Positions 1 through 9,259 are shown, numbered from the stretch's first letter. The stretch: DNA of 26,865 nt from Planctomycetota bacterium (GCA_038213805.1 JBBQSO010000073.1:1-26865), one strand, 5' to 3'. The notes: generated by a model not told the origin, from the sequence alone. Made by a program: numbers and translations.

Positions 1-297
1 GTGACGCGCGGACCACAGGGCAGCCTGCTCTGTGACGCGCACGGCCTGCACGACCACCCCGGCGTCCCGGCCGCGGTGGTCGACACCGTCGGCGCCGGCG
101 ACGCCTTCACCGCCGCGGTGACCGCCGGCCTGCTGCTCGGCATGCCGCTCGCACGTCTGCACGACCTCGCCTCGCGCGCGGCTGCCCATGTCTGCGCATC
201 GCGCGGAGCGACGCCGACCCTGCCCGCGGAGATCACGGGCGCGTTCCGTGCCGCGCTGTCGGCGCGGTCCGCATCACGCGCGCCCGCCACCTCGTGA
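1..297 (+). CDS. PfkB-family carbohydrate kinase, C-terminal part (5' truncated); probably fructokinase
   Basis: PfkB signature VVDTVGAGDAF and C-terminal RGATP. Sits directly upstream of a GH32 gene; the substrate is inferred from that context. Confidence 0.88.
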   Translation: MTRGPQGSLLCDAHGLHDHPGVPAAVVDTVGAGDAFTAAVTAGLLLGMPLARLHDLASRAAAHVCASRGATPTLPAEITGAFRAALSARSASRAPATS

Positions 298-328
298 CCG
301 TCCGCGCCAACGTTTCGTAAGGGATGCC

Positions 329-2431
329 ATGAACTTCCGCTGCCTGCTGCTCAGCGTCGCGCTCGCCACCGCCACCGCCGCCGATGACCTCGTCATCGCC
401 GATTTCGACGGCGCCGACTACGGGGCGTGGACCGCGACCGGCACCGCCTTCGGCAGCGGGCCTGCGCACGGCGCGCTCGACGGCCAGCAACCGTTGCTCG
501 GCGCCGCCGGCGCCGGCCTGGTCGATTCGTACCACGGTCACGACGCCGCCACCGGCACGCTCACGTCGCCTGCCTTCACCATCGCGCGCCGCCACCTCGC
601 CATGCTGGTGGGCGGCGGCGCCGACGCGCAGCGGCTGACAGTCGCCCTGCTCGTCGACGGCGCGGTGGTGCGCTCCGCGACCGGCTCCAGCAGTCGGCCG
701 GACGACCACGAACTCCTCGACTGGGTGTCGTGGGACGTCGCCGCATGGCAGGGCCGGCAGGCGACCATCGTGATCAGCGACACCGCCACCGGCGGCTGGG
801 GGCACATCCTGGTGGACCACATCGTGCAGAGCGACCACGAACACGCGGCGGCCGCGCCGGCGCAGCGCGCCTTCCACCTCGACCACCCCTGGCTGGCCAT
901 CCCGGTGCTGCCCGGCGCGCCCAAGCGCACCCTGTCGCTGGTGATCGGTGGCGTGCTGCAGAAGGAGTTCGTGGTCGAGCTCGCCCCCGGCGCGCCCGCC
1001 TTCTGGACCGGCTGCGACCTGACTCCGTACCAGGGTCAGGATGCGGAGCTGCGCATCGACCGGGTCGAGGCCGACTCTGCCGGCTGGCGCACGCTGGCGC
1101 TCGCCGACACCATCCCCGGCACCGCCGAGGTCTACCACGAGGCGCTGCGCCCGCAGTTCCACTTCAGTTCTCAGCGCGGTTGGCTCAACGATCCCAACGG
1201 CCTGGTCTTCCTGGATGGCGAATACCATCTGTACTACCAGCACAACCCCTTCGGCACCGCGTGGGAGAACATGCATTGGGGTCACGCGGTCAGCCCCGAC
1301 CTGGTGCACTGGCGCGAGCTGCCGCCGACGCTGTGGCGGCGCCACGCCTTCTCGGGCAGCGCCGCCGTCGACGCGCACAACAGCGGCGGTTTCCCGGGCG
1401 GCGCGGGGCCCGCGCTGGTCGCGGCCTGGACCAGCACCGACCGCGGCGAGTGCATCGCCTATTCCCGCGACCGCGGCCGCACCTTCACCGAGATCCCTGA
1501 AAACCCGGTCATCCGCCATCAGGGCCGCGACCCGCGCATCTTCTGGCATGCGCCGTCGCAGCGCTGGGTGATGGCCGTGTACGACGAGTCCGAAGGCAAG
1601 CGCTGGATCGCCTTCTACAATTCCTCAGACCTCAGGCAGTGGACCGCCCAGAGCCGCATCGAGGGGTTCTATGAATGCCCCGACCTGTTTGAGTTGCCGG
1701 TGGCGGACCAGCCCGGCGCATCGCGCTGGGTGCTCACCGCAGCCAACGGCCACTACCTGCTCGGCCGCTTCGATGGCCTCACCTTCATCCCTGACCAGCT
1801 CGCGCAGATCGCCTTTCCCGCCGCCGGCAATCTCTACGCGGCGCAGACCTGGAACGACGCGCCCGACGGTCGCCGCCTGCGCATCGGCTGGTTTCAGACC
1901 GAACTCGCGGGCATGCCGTTCAACCAGTCGATGTCCTTCCCGGTGGAGCTGACCCTGCGCACCACGCCCGCCGGCCTGCGCGTGAGCGCCAATCCGGCGC
2001 GCGAACTCGCGGGCCTGAAAGAGCACGTGCAGCGCATCATCATCCCGGGCGCGCTGCCGCCCGGTCTTGATGCGCTCGCGGGCGCGTCCGGAGAGCTGCT
2101 CGACGTCCAGGGCACCTTCATCGTCCCCGCCCAGGGCCGGCTCGCGCTCACCCTGCGTGGCGTGCCACTGATCTACGACGCATCCCAGCAGCAGCTCGCG
2201 TGCGCCGGCGCGACCGTGCCGCTGGCCCTGGTCGACGGCCGGCTCACCCTGCGCGTGCTGGTCGACCGCGCTTCGCTCGAGGTGTTCGCGGATGGCGGCC
2301 TGGTCTACATGCCCATGGCCGCCACCATCGCGCCCGCCGAGCGCAGCCTGCACCTGACCGCGACCGGTGGGATTGAGATCGCCGACCTCACCGTGACCAC
2401 GCTCCATTCCGCGTGGCCAGCGCAGCCCTGA
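329..2431 (+). CDS. Secreted glycoside hydrolase family 32 (levanase/inulinase/beta-fructofuranosidase) with N-terminal accessory domains
   Basis: GH32 catalytic motifs WLNDPNG, RDP and ECPD, plus HWGHAVS, FSGSA and YAAQTW. ATG at 329 gives a signal peptide (MNFRCLLLSVALATATAA); AAGGGA lies upstream. Confidence 0.95.
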   Translation: MNFRCLLLSVALATATAADDLVIADFDGADYGAWTATGTAFGSGPAHGALDGQQPLLGAAGAGLVDSYHGHDAATGTLTSPAFTIARRHLAMLVGGGADAQRLTVALLVDGAVVRSATGSSSRPDDHELLDWVSWDVAAWQGRQATIVISDTATGGWGHILVDHIVQSDHEHAAAAPAQRAFHLDHPWLAIPVLPGAPKRTLSLVIGGVLQKEFVVELAPGAPAFWTGCDLTPYQGQDAELRIDRVEADSAGWRTLALADTIPGTAEVYHEALRPQFHFSSQRGWLNDPNGLVFLDGEYHLYYQHNPFGTAWENMHWGHAVSPDLVHWRELPPTLWRRHAFSGSAAVDAHNSGGFPGGAGPALVAAWTSTDRGECIAYSRDRGRTFTEIPENPVIRHQGRDPRIFWHAPSQRWVMAVYDESEGKRWIAFYNSSDLRQWTAQSRIEGFYECPDLFELPVADQPGASRWVLTAANGHYLLGRFDGLTFIPDQLAQIAFPAAGNLYAAQTWNDAPDGRRLRIGWFQTELAGMPFNQSMSFPVELTLRTTPAGLRVSANPARELAGLKEHVQRIIIPGALPPGLDALAGASGELLDVQGTFIVPAQGRLALTLRGVPLIYDASQQQLACAGATVPLALVDGRLTLRVLVDRASLEVFADGGLVYMPMAATIAPAERSLHLTATGGIEIADLTVTTLHSAWPAQP

Positions 2432-2434
2432 CCG

Positions 2435-3271
2435 TCACGCCGGGCTGAGCCGGCCCAGGTCGAAGCGGCTCGGCGCGATGCCGGTGCGGGCCTTGAAGAA
2501 GCGCGAGAAATAAAAAGGCGAGGCGAAACCGAGCGCGCGCGCCACCTCTCCGACGGCTTCGCCGGCGAGCAGCCGCGCGCAGGCGCGCTCGACCAGGCGG
2601 TCAGCGATGAACTCCTTGGGTGCCTTGCCGAGCTGCGCGCGGAATTCGCGCGCGAAGTGCTCGCGGCTCAGGCCCATCAGCCCGGCAAGTTCGGTGCTGC
2701 GCAGATCGGCGCGGCAGTTGGCCTCGATGTGCTGCAGCACCTCCAGAAATCGGTGGTGGCTCTCGTGCCGCCGCTGCAGCCCGGCGAGATCGCCCTTGAG
2801 GAACTCCGCGATCAGCAGCGTCAGCACCCCGCGCAGCCGCATCACCCGCTCAAGGTCGCCCTCGCCGCGGATCGCCTCATACGCCATCTTCACCAGCTCA
2901 CGCCGGTCGCTGCGCAGCGCGCAACCCGTCGCCCCGGTGAACACGTCATGCCCGGGGATGGTCTCGAGCCGAAAGTGGAAGGCGATCATGCGCATGTCGG
3001 CATGGAAATCGAAGCCGAGCAGCCGTCCCGGCGGCATGAACACCACCGTCCCCGGCGCGAGTGGAAAGGCCCGCCGCCCCGCCGGCGCCGCGATGTCCGT
3101 CACCCGGCTGCCCGTGCCCCGGCTGTGCGCCCCGACCAGGAACAGCCGGCTCCACGGCATGGCGTTGCGGCTGTGGATCTCTGGCCCATCGACGTCCACG
3201 CAGTAATGGCAGATGACCTTGAACAGGCCGTGATTGTGCTCGAACCAGTGGAGGTGCTTGTGCTGGGGCAT
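2435..3271 (-). CDS. AraC-family transcriptional regulator
   Basis: C-terminal double HTH (LAGLMGLSREHFAREF...VARALGFASPFYFSRFFKARTGIAPSRF). Start set at ATG 3271 because the longer ORF runs through heptamer repeats. Confidence 0.9.
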   Translation of the reverse strand: MPQHKHLHWFEHNHGLFKVICHYCVDVDGPEIHSRNAMPWSRLFLVGAHSRGTGSRVTDIAAPAGRRAFPLAPGTVVFMPPGRLLGFDFHADMRMIAFHFRLETIPGHDVFTGATGCALRSDRRELVKMAYEAIRGEGDLERVMRLRGVLTLLIAEFLKGDLAGLQRRHESHHRFLEVLQHIEANCRADLRSTELAGLMGLSREHFAREFRAQLGKAPKEFIADRLVERACARLLAGEAVGEVARALGFASPFYFSRFFKARTGIAPSRFDLGRLSPA

Positions 3272-3282
3272 GGGAAGACTGG

Positions 3283-3303
3283 AGACCCTAGACCCTAGAC
3301 CCT
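3283..3303 (+). repeat. Heptamer tandem repeat (AGACCCT)x3
   Basis: Exact copies at 3283, 3290 and 3297. Confidence 0.9.
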
Positions 3304-3365
3304 GGATCGTGGTACGACATTCACCGCCCCATCCCAGGATCGCAGCTGAATCTGCGCGCCGCGCG

Positions 3366-3393
3366 ACTATATGCCTTGGAGCCTTGCGCGCAA
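3366..3393 (-). promoter_or_regulatory. Possible sigma70 promoter for the AraC gene (TTGCGC-N16-TATAGT)
   Basis: Minus-strand TTGCGC (3393-3388) and TATAGT (3371-3366). The -35 lies in the palindrome TTGCGCGCAA (3384-3393). Confidence 0.3.
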
Positions 3394-3411
3394 TACCACC
3401 CCCAGATTTCA

Positions 3412-3446
3412 AGGGACAAGGGTCTAGGGTCAAGGGTCCAGGGTCT
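3412..3446 (+). repeat. Degenerate heptamer array (AGGGTCT-like)x5, the reverse complement of the 3283 array
   Basis: AGGGACA, AGGGTCT, AGGGTCA, AGGGTCC, AGGGTCT in 7-bp phase. Confidence 0.88.
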
Positions 3447-3451
3447 ACCGT

Positions 3452-6400
3452 TCACTTCCCCTGCTGCGTCACCAGATACGCCACCAGATCCCCCAGCTTG
3501 TCGGCCGGGATGATCTGCCCGAACGCGTCCGGCATCAGGCTGGTCAGCGACTGCGTCCGGCTGGCCACGTCCGCCGCGGCGATGGTGGTCTCCACCCCCG
3601 CCATGTCGGCGATCACCAGCGACTGCCCTTCGCTGCGCCGGATGATGCCGTACAGCACGCGGCCGTCGGTGAGTTTCAGCGTGCTCTGGCGGAAGGCCTG
3701 GTCGACGTTGCGGCTGGGGTCGAGGATGTCCTCGAGCAGGCGCTCCGCCCCGCGCTGGCCGATGCCATCCAGCTGCGGGCCGATGCTGCCGCCCTGACCG
3801 CCCATGCGGTGGCAGGCGGTGCAGGTGGCGACGAAGACCTTGCGGCCCTCCTCGGCCGAGGGCGTGCCGCCGCGGTACTTCGCCAAGCGCTCCTGGATGA
3901 GCTGGTCGCGCTCCGCGCCCGCCGGCGGCAGTCCGCGGGTAAGCTCGGCGATGCGCGCGACGTTGCCGGCATCGGCGCCGGCGAGGCGGTCGGCGACCAG
4001 CCGCTCGCGCAGCACGCGCGGCGACAGCTTGCCGGCGGCGACCGTGGCGAGCAGCGCGGTCGAGCCCGTGGCGGTCCCGGCAAGCGCCGAGGCGGCGCGC
4101 ACCTGGATGCGGTAGTTGGCTGTGCCCAGCGCGCCGAGCAGCGCCTGGTCGGCGGCGCCGTCGTTCAGCCCGGCCAGGCCATCGACGATCGCCTCGCGCA
4201 CCGCCTGGGGCTGGCGTTCGTCGGCAAGCACGCCGGCGAGCGCGTCGCGGTGGCCCGCGCCGTCGGCCGCGACCAGCGCCGCCACGGCGATGGCGCGCGT
4301 CGCGGGATCGATCCCGTCATCGGCCGAGACCTGCGCCAGCGCCGGGGCCGCGCTCGCCAGGCGCAGCGCCTTGGCCAGCTCGGCGGCGCTTTTCAGCAGC
4401 GCCGTGTCGCCGCCAGGCACCGCCGGCGCCGGGGCGCTGATGCGGCCGAGCGCCAGCCACGCATAGCCATCGCCGCGCTGGGCGTCGACGGCTTCGAGCA
4501 CCACCTGCCGGCCAGCGATGGTGGCGAGGTCCCACACCACTTCGGTGGCGACGTCCTGGCGCGGCGGCAGCGCCTGCATCAACACCGCATGGCTCTGCGC
4601 GTCGCGCAGATGCACGACGTCCAGGCCCGCGTCGGCGCTGCCCGGGGGGCCGTTGTGCCCGGCCAGCCAGAAGGACAGCCGCGCCGGCGCGGCGAAGGCG
4701 GGCGAGCGCACGCTGCCGGTCAGGGACTCACCGCGCTGCCGGCTGCTCAGGAAGGGCGCCGCTTGGCCGTCGGCGCAGGGCCGCGACTCGACCTCCCAGG
4801 GATCGGCGGAGACGGGCAGGCCATCGACCGGCGCGCGCGTCCAGGCCGGGTGGCCGGTGGCCGCGGCGAGGATGCCGCCGACCAGCGTCTCGGCCCAGGC
4901 GCTGTTCGCCGCATCCGCGGGCAGGCCGCGCTCGGCGCGCGCGTCGCGCAGCGAGCGCAGAAAGCCCAGCGCCGCCGCCGGATCGCCGGCAAGCCGCGCC
5001 TGTGCCTTCGCGGCGACCTCACCGAGGCGCTCCGGCGGCAGGTGGCGGGCGATGTGGCGCAGACGGGCCAGGTCGTCGCCCGCGGCCAGACCGGGCAGGT
5101 CGAGGTTGGCGAGCAGGAAGTCCGCCGCCGCGGCGTCGGGGATGGCCAGACAGACCTCGGCAAGGCGTGCGCGATCCGGCGCGGCGCGCAGCGCGGCATC
5201 GGCCGCGGCCAGCGCCCCGGCCGGCAGCAGCTGGTCGCGCAGCGCCTTGCGCGCCATGTAGAGCAGGTGCGAGTCCGCAGCCGGCACCTCCGCGATCAGG
5301 TCCAGCAGCGGCCGCAGGTTGGCCGCGTCGGGATGCTGGCCGAGCGCTTCCGCCGCGGTGCGTTGCACGTTGGCGTCCGCGTCGCGCAGCGCCTGGCGCG
5401 CGCGTACCAGCAGCTCGGCCGCCGGTGTGGTGCGCTCCGCGAGCATGGCCAGCGCATGGCGGCGGACGAAGGCATCGCCATCGCCCATGGCCGCGCCGAG
5501 CAGCGCGTCGTCGAGACGCTGCAGGCGGTGCAGCGTCCACAGCGCGTGCGCGCGCTGCAGCGCCGGCCGGCCGGCGCCGGCGGCCTCGACCAGGGCCGGC
5601 ACAGCGGCGGCGCCCATGCGGTCGGAGAGCTGGTCGGTGGCGTGCATGCGCACCGCGAGGTTGGTGTCGGCGAGCGCGGCGATCAGCGCCGCGCTGTCCG
5701 CGTGCGCCAGGTCGCGCACCGGCGCGAGCGGCGCCGCCGGCTGGTCGCCGCGGTAGGTGATGCGCCAGATGCGGCCGCGCTCGTGGTCGCGCTGTGGGTG
5801 GTGCAGGTCGACCTCGTAGTGGCCGATGATGCGGTTGTAGAAGTCCGCGACGTAGATCGCGCCGTCCGGGCCAAGCTGCAGATCGACCGGGCGGAACCAT
5901 GGATCATCGCTGACCACCAGGTCGGCCGCCTCGTGCGCGGTCGGCGTGGCGCCGGCGAAGCTGATGGTGTCGCGCACGATGCGCGAGGTGACGACGTTGC
6001 AGGTGAAGCAGTTGCCGCGGTACTCCGCCGGGAAGTGCTCGGCGGAGTAGTTGAGCACGCCGCACAGCGCGGTCGAGCCGTGCATGTGCGACATCATCGC
6101 CGGCGCGTAGCCCAGCCCGTCGTGGGGCAGCCCGAAGCCGGGGTAGTGCCCGCCGCGCAGCAGCTGGTAGACCGGCAGCGTGTGGCAGTCGGACGAGTAG
6201 AGGTCGCCGGCGGCGTCAAAGCTCATGCCGAAGGGGTTGACGCGCCCCCAGGTGTACTGCTCGACGTGCGAACCGTCGAGGCGCATGCGGTAGGTGTTGC
6301 CCGACGTCATGGTGATGGCCTGCCCATCGCGGCCGCGCACCGTCGAGGTATTTTTGAAGCCGTGGCACGCGTACAGCCAGCCGTCGAAGCCGCGCGTGAA

Positions 6401-6931
6401 GCTGTTGGTCATGCCGTGGGTGTCGTCGTGGCCAAAGGTCCCGTACAGCTGCTCGCGCCGGTCGCACACCCCCGCCCCGGTGGTGTCGTGGAAGAAGGTG
6501 ATCGCGGGGGTGCTGTAGGCGATGCAGCCATCGCCGGTGGGGTGGACGCCGAGCGGGATGCTGAGCCCGTCCGCGAAGGTGGTGATGCGCGTGGCACGCC
6601 CGCTCGCCGGATCGATCTCCAGCACTTTGATGCAGTCGCGGCCCTTCACCCCGTCGGCAACTGGAAAGGGATATTCCTTGGTGTCGCTGACCCACAGCCG
6701 GCCGCGCGCGTCGAACGCCATGTTGATCGGTTTGCTGATCTCCGGCTCGCTGGCGACCAGCTGCATGACAAAGCCCGGCGGCAGGCGGAAGCCGGCGCCT
6801 TCCTCCGCCGGCGTGCGCGCCTCGGTGCCGCGGATGGTCGCATCCCAGGCGTCCTGCGCGCTGGCGGCGCCGGCGGCGGCGAGCAGCGCGCAGAGGGTGA
6901 CGGAGCGCAGCGGGATGCGGTGCGTGGTCAT
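3452..6931 (-). CDS. PVC-type heme-binding CxxCH protein (putative exported dehydrogenase: N-terminal beta-propeller, HEAT-like repeats, C-terminal cytochrome c)
   Basis: Signal peptide; FRLPPGFVMQLVASEP..KPINMAFDARGRLWV and DPWFRPVDLQLGPDGAIYVADFY (TIGR02604-like); helical repeats; CTACH..GGSIGPQLDGIG..ILDPS..SLMP (TIGR02603-like). Confidence 0.92.
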   Translation of the reverse strand: MTTHRIPLRSVTLCALLAAAGAASAQDAWDATIRGTEARTPAEEGAGFRLPPGFVMQLVASEPEISKPINMAFDARGRLWVSDTKEYPFPVADGVKGRDCIKVLEIDPASGRATRITTFADGLSIPLGVHPTGDGCIAYSTPAITFFHDTTGAGVCDRREQLYGTFGHDDTHGMTNSFTRGFDGWLYACHGFKNTSTVRGRDGQAITMTSGNTYRMRLDGSHVEQYTWGRVNPFGMSFDAAGDLYSSDCHTLPVYQLLRGGHYPGFGLPHDGLGYAPAMMSHMHGSTALCGVLNYSAEHFPAEYRGNCFTCNVVTSRIVRDTISFAGATPTAHEAADLVVSDDPWFRPVDLQLGPDGAIYVADFYNRIIGHYEVDLHHPQRDHERGRIWRITYRGDQPAAPLAPVRDLAHADSAALIAALADTNLAVRMHATDQLSDRMGAAAVPALVEAAGAGRPALQRAHALWTLHRLQRLDDALLGAAMGDGDAFVRRHALAMLAERTTPAAELLVRARQALRDADANVQRTAAEALGQHPDAANLRPLLDLIAEVPAADSHLLYMARKALRDQLLPAGALAAADAALRAAPDRARLAEVCLAIPDAAAADFLLANLDLPGLAAGDDLARLRHIARHLPPERLGEVAAKAQARLAGDPAAALGFLRSLRDARAERGLPADAANSAWAETLVGGILAAATGHPAWTRAPVDGLPVSADPWEVESRPCADGQAAPFLSSRQRGESLTGSVRSPAFAAPARLSFWLAGHNGPPGSADAGLDVVHLRDAQSHAVLMQALPPRQDVATEVVWDLATIAGRQVVLEAVDAQRGDGYAWLALGRISAPAPAVPGGDTALLKSAAELAKALRLASAAPALAQVSADDGIDPATRAIAVAALVAADGAGHRDALAGVLADERQPQAVREAIVDGLAGLNDGAADQALLGALGTANYRIQVRAASALAGTATGSTALLATVAAGKLSPRVLRERLVADRLAGADAGNVARIAELTRGLPPAGAERDQLIQERLAKYRGGTPSAEEGRKVFVATCTACHRMGGQGGSIGPQLDGIGQRGAERLLEDILDPSRNVDQAFRQSTLKLTDGRVLYGIIRRSEGQSLVIADMAGVETTIAAADVASRTQSLTSLMPDAFGQIIPADKLGDLVAYLVTQQGK

Positions 6932-6997
6932 GGGCGGGCTCCGGGTGCTAATGGCGAGGCCGTACCGCCGCGGCGGGGCGGCGTTGGGAGAAGGGCC

Positions 6998-7003
6998 AGT
7001 ATA
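6998..7003 (-). promoter_or_regulatory. Possible -10 element (TATACT) for the PVC heme protein gene
   Basis: Minus-strand TATACT about 70 nt upstream of the start codon, in otherwise GC-rich DNA. Confidence 0.35.
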
Positions 7004-7172
7004 ACGCCCCGACGGCGGCCCGACATGTCGGGAGTTGCGCTGTCCTTGTCATTTCTTGCTGTGCTCCAGGGTCGGTGGCAGCGCGTGCGCCCGACCCGGC
7101 GTATAACTACCGACACGGATTGCGCTGAGCCAGTCAACGCCTCGTCCCTACTCCGGTAAGGAGATCGCCCGC

Positions 7173-7922
7173 ATGCCGGCCCTGCATCACCGCACCCGCC
7201 ACATCTCGCGCCTCGATTTCACGCGCGGCTGGGCGATGGCCGCGCACAGCCACGGCTTCCAGGAGCTGGTGCTGGTGGTCGCCGGCGAGATCGAGACCAC
7301 CATGGATGGGACGGTGACCGTCGCCGGCCCGGGCATGGTGAAGTTCCACCCGCAGCACCTGCCGCACACCGAACGCGCGCTTGGCACCAGGCCACCGACG
7401 CTGCTCTGCCTGTGCTGGGACGCGGATGCCGCCGGCGGGTGCGCCGACTGGCCGCACCTCGCAGCCGACCGCACCGGCCGCATCCGCATGCTCATGGAAT
7501 GGATGATCGAGCTGTCGCCGCCGCATGACGCCGCCAGCGAGGCGGCGCGCGACGGGCTGCTGCAGGCGGTCGCGCTCGCCTACGCCGGCAGTGGCCAGGG
7601 CGCCGACGATGCGCTGGTCCTGGCGGTGCGCGGCTGGGTGCGCGCGCACCTCGCCCAGCCCATCTACCTCGAGGACCTCGCGCGCGTCGCCGGCGTCAGC
7701 CGCTTCCACTTCAACCGCCGCTTCCACGCGGCCAGCGGCATGCCGCCGATGCGCTTCGTGCGCATGATGCGCGTCGACGAGGCGCGTTCGCTGCTGCTCG
7801 CCACCGCCATGCCGCTGCGCGAGATCGCGCCGCGCGTCGGCTTCGCCGACGAGTTCCAGCTCTCGCGCGTCTTCCGCGAGGTCACCGGCCAGACCCCGGC
7901 GACCATTCGCAAACGCGGGTAA
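7173..7922 (+). CDS. AraC-family regulator with N-terminal cupin sensor domain
   Basis: Cupin motifs HSHGFQELVLV..PH.E; HTH LEDLARVAGVSRFHFNRRF..GFADEFQLSRVFREVTGQTP; RBS AAGGAG at 7158-7163. Confidence 0.93.
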   Translation: MPALHHRTRHISRLDFTRGWAMAAHSHGFQELVLVVAGEIETTMDGTVTVAGPGMVKFHPQHLPHTERALGTRPPTLLCLCWDADAAGGCADWPHLAADRTGRIRMLMEWMIELSPPHDAASEAARDGLLQAVALAYAGSGQGADDALVLAVRGWVRAHLAQPIYLEDLARVAGVSRFHFNRRFHAASGMPPMRFVRMMRVDEARSLLLATAMPLREIAPRVGFADEFQLSRVFREVTGQTPATIRKRG

Positions 7923-7946
7923 CCGGGACAATAAGGCATGCCTTGA

Positions 7947-8117
7947 CGCAGAGGCGCAGAGGGGGGCGGCAGCAAGGCCGCAGAGGCGAGCATTGCGGGC
8001 AACGCTGACGCGGAGTCGATTCGCGGCAGGTGGTCTTCCGTCGCTACCCGACGATGAACCGGGATCGGGAAGCATCCTCACTCTGCGGCCTCGTGCCTTC
8101 CGCTCTGCGCCTCTGCG
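7947..8117. repeat. Nested inverted-repeat element between convergent genes
   Basis: CGCAGAGGCGCAGAG (7947-7961) is the exact reverse complement of 8103-8117. AGGCCGCAGAG (7975-7985) is the exact reverse complement of 8081-8091. Confidence 0.8.
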
Positions 8118-8136
8118 GTAAATCCGCTCTTTGGGG

Positions 8137-9150
8137 TCAGCCCAAAGCGCCGGCAAGCGCCGCAACGTCCTCGTCGCGCGTCGCCCACGAGCACACGAAG
8201 CGCGCCGCGCCGCCGATGAAGGTGTAGTACGCCCAGCCGGCGGCCTTGAGGCGCGCATGGTGCTCGGGTTGCAGCACGGCAAACACCGTGTTGGCCTCGA
8301 CCGGGCGCGCCAGGCGCACGCCAGGAACGGCGGCCAGGCGCGCGCCCAGGTCGCGTGCGCAGCGGTTGGCATTGGCGGCGTTGGCCAGCCACAGCCCGTC
8401 CTGGAAGCCGCGCACCCATGGCGCGGCAAGATAGCGCATCTTGCTGGCGAGCTGGCCGGCCTGCTTGCAGCGCCAGCTGAATTCGGCGGACAGCGTGCGA
8501 TTGCGGAATACCACCGCCTCGCCGAAGCCCAGCCCGTTCTTCACCGCCCCGAAGCACAGCACGTCGGCGTTGGCGGCGGCCACCACCTCTGCTGCGCTGA
8601 CGCCGAGCGCCGCCACCGCATTGGCGAAGCGCGCGCCGTCCAGGTGCACCGCCAGGCCGTGGCGTTTCGCCACCGCCGCCAGCGCGCGCAGCTCATCGAG
8701 CGTGTAGAGCGTGCCCAGTTCCGTGGGCAGAGTCAGGCTCAGCACGCGCGGCTTCGGGTAGTGCAGGTCGCCGCGCTGGGTGGCGAGGCGCTCGACCTCG
8801 GCCGGGGTGACCTTGCCCTCGTTCGACCGCGCCGGCAGCAGCTTGGTGCCGTTGGAGAAGAACTCGGGCGCGCCGCACTCATCATTGGCGATGTGCGCCA
8901 CCTCCGCGCAGATCACGCTGTGGTAGGACTGGCAGCACGCCGCCAGCGCCAGCGAGTTGGCGGCGGTGCCGTTGAACACGAAATAGACGTCGCAGTCCCC
9001 GCCGAGCGCGCCGCGGATGGCGTCCGCCGCCTGCGCGGTGAACAGGTCCTCGCCATAGGATGGGCACGCGCCCTGGTCGGCCGCGCGCAGCGCCTCCCAG
9101 GCCGCGGGGCACAGGCCAGAGGTGTTGTCGCTGGCGAAACGGTAGTCCAT
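8137..9150 (-). CDS. ltaE: Low-specificity L-threonine aldolase (PLP-dependent)
   Basis: N-terminal FASDN, SYGED, FNGTAANSL, DECGAPEF, HLDGARFANA, and the PLP lysine in FGAVKNG; KQAGQLASKMRY. Confidence 0.9.
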   Translation of the reverse strand: MDYRFASDNTSGLCPAAWEALRAADQGACPSYGEDLFTAQAADAIRGALGGDCDVYFVFNGTAANSLALAACCQSYHSVICAEVAHIANDECGAPEFFSNGTKLLPARSNEGKVTPAEVERLATQRGDLHYPKPRVLSLTLPTELGTLYTLDELRALAAVAKRHGLAVHLDGARFANAVAALGVSAAEVVAAANADVLCFGAVKNGLGFGEAVVFRNRTLSAEFSWRCKQAGQLASKMRYLAAPWVRGFQDGLWLANAANANRCARDLGARLAAVPGVRLARPVEANTVFAVLQPEHHARLKAAGWAYYTFIGGAARFVCSWATRDEDVAALAGALG

Positions 9151-9259
9151 CGGGGTGCTCCGGCGCCGACCGTAACCGCCGGCCGGCGAGTGGTCCAGGG
9201 CGCGTGCCGCGCGCGCATTCCGATCCGTCTCATCGCCGTCCGCTCGACGCTGCGTCGGC

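Noticed and set aside
3809..7159. 1116-aa plus-strand ORF, and similar long ORFs such as 12912-15596, 9467-11458, 20507-22507 and 17583-19022
   Set aside because: Antisense or off-frame shadows of well-supported genes in high-GC DNA; Arg/Gly/Ala-rich with no motifs.
8030..8227. Small ORF within the CGCAGAG inverted-repeat element
   Set aside because: It overlaps the end of ltaE and translates the repeat arm; no recognisable motif.
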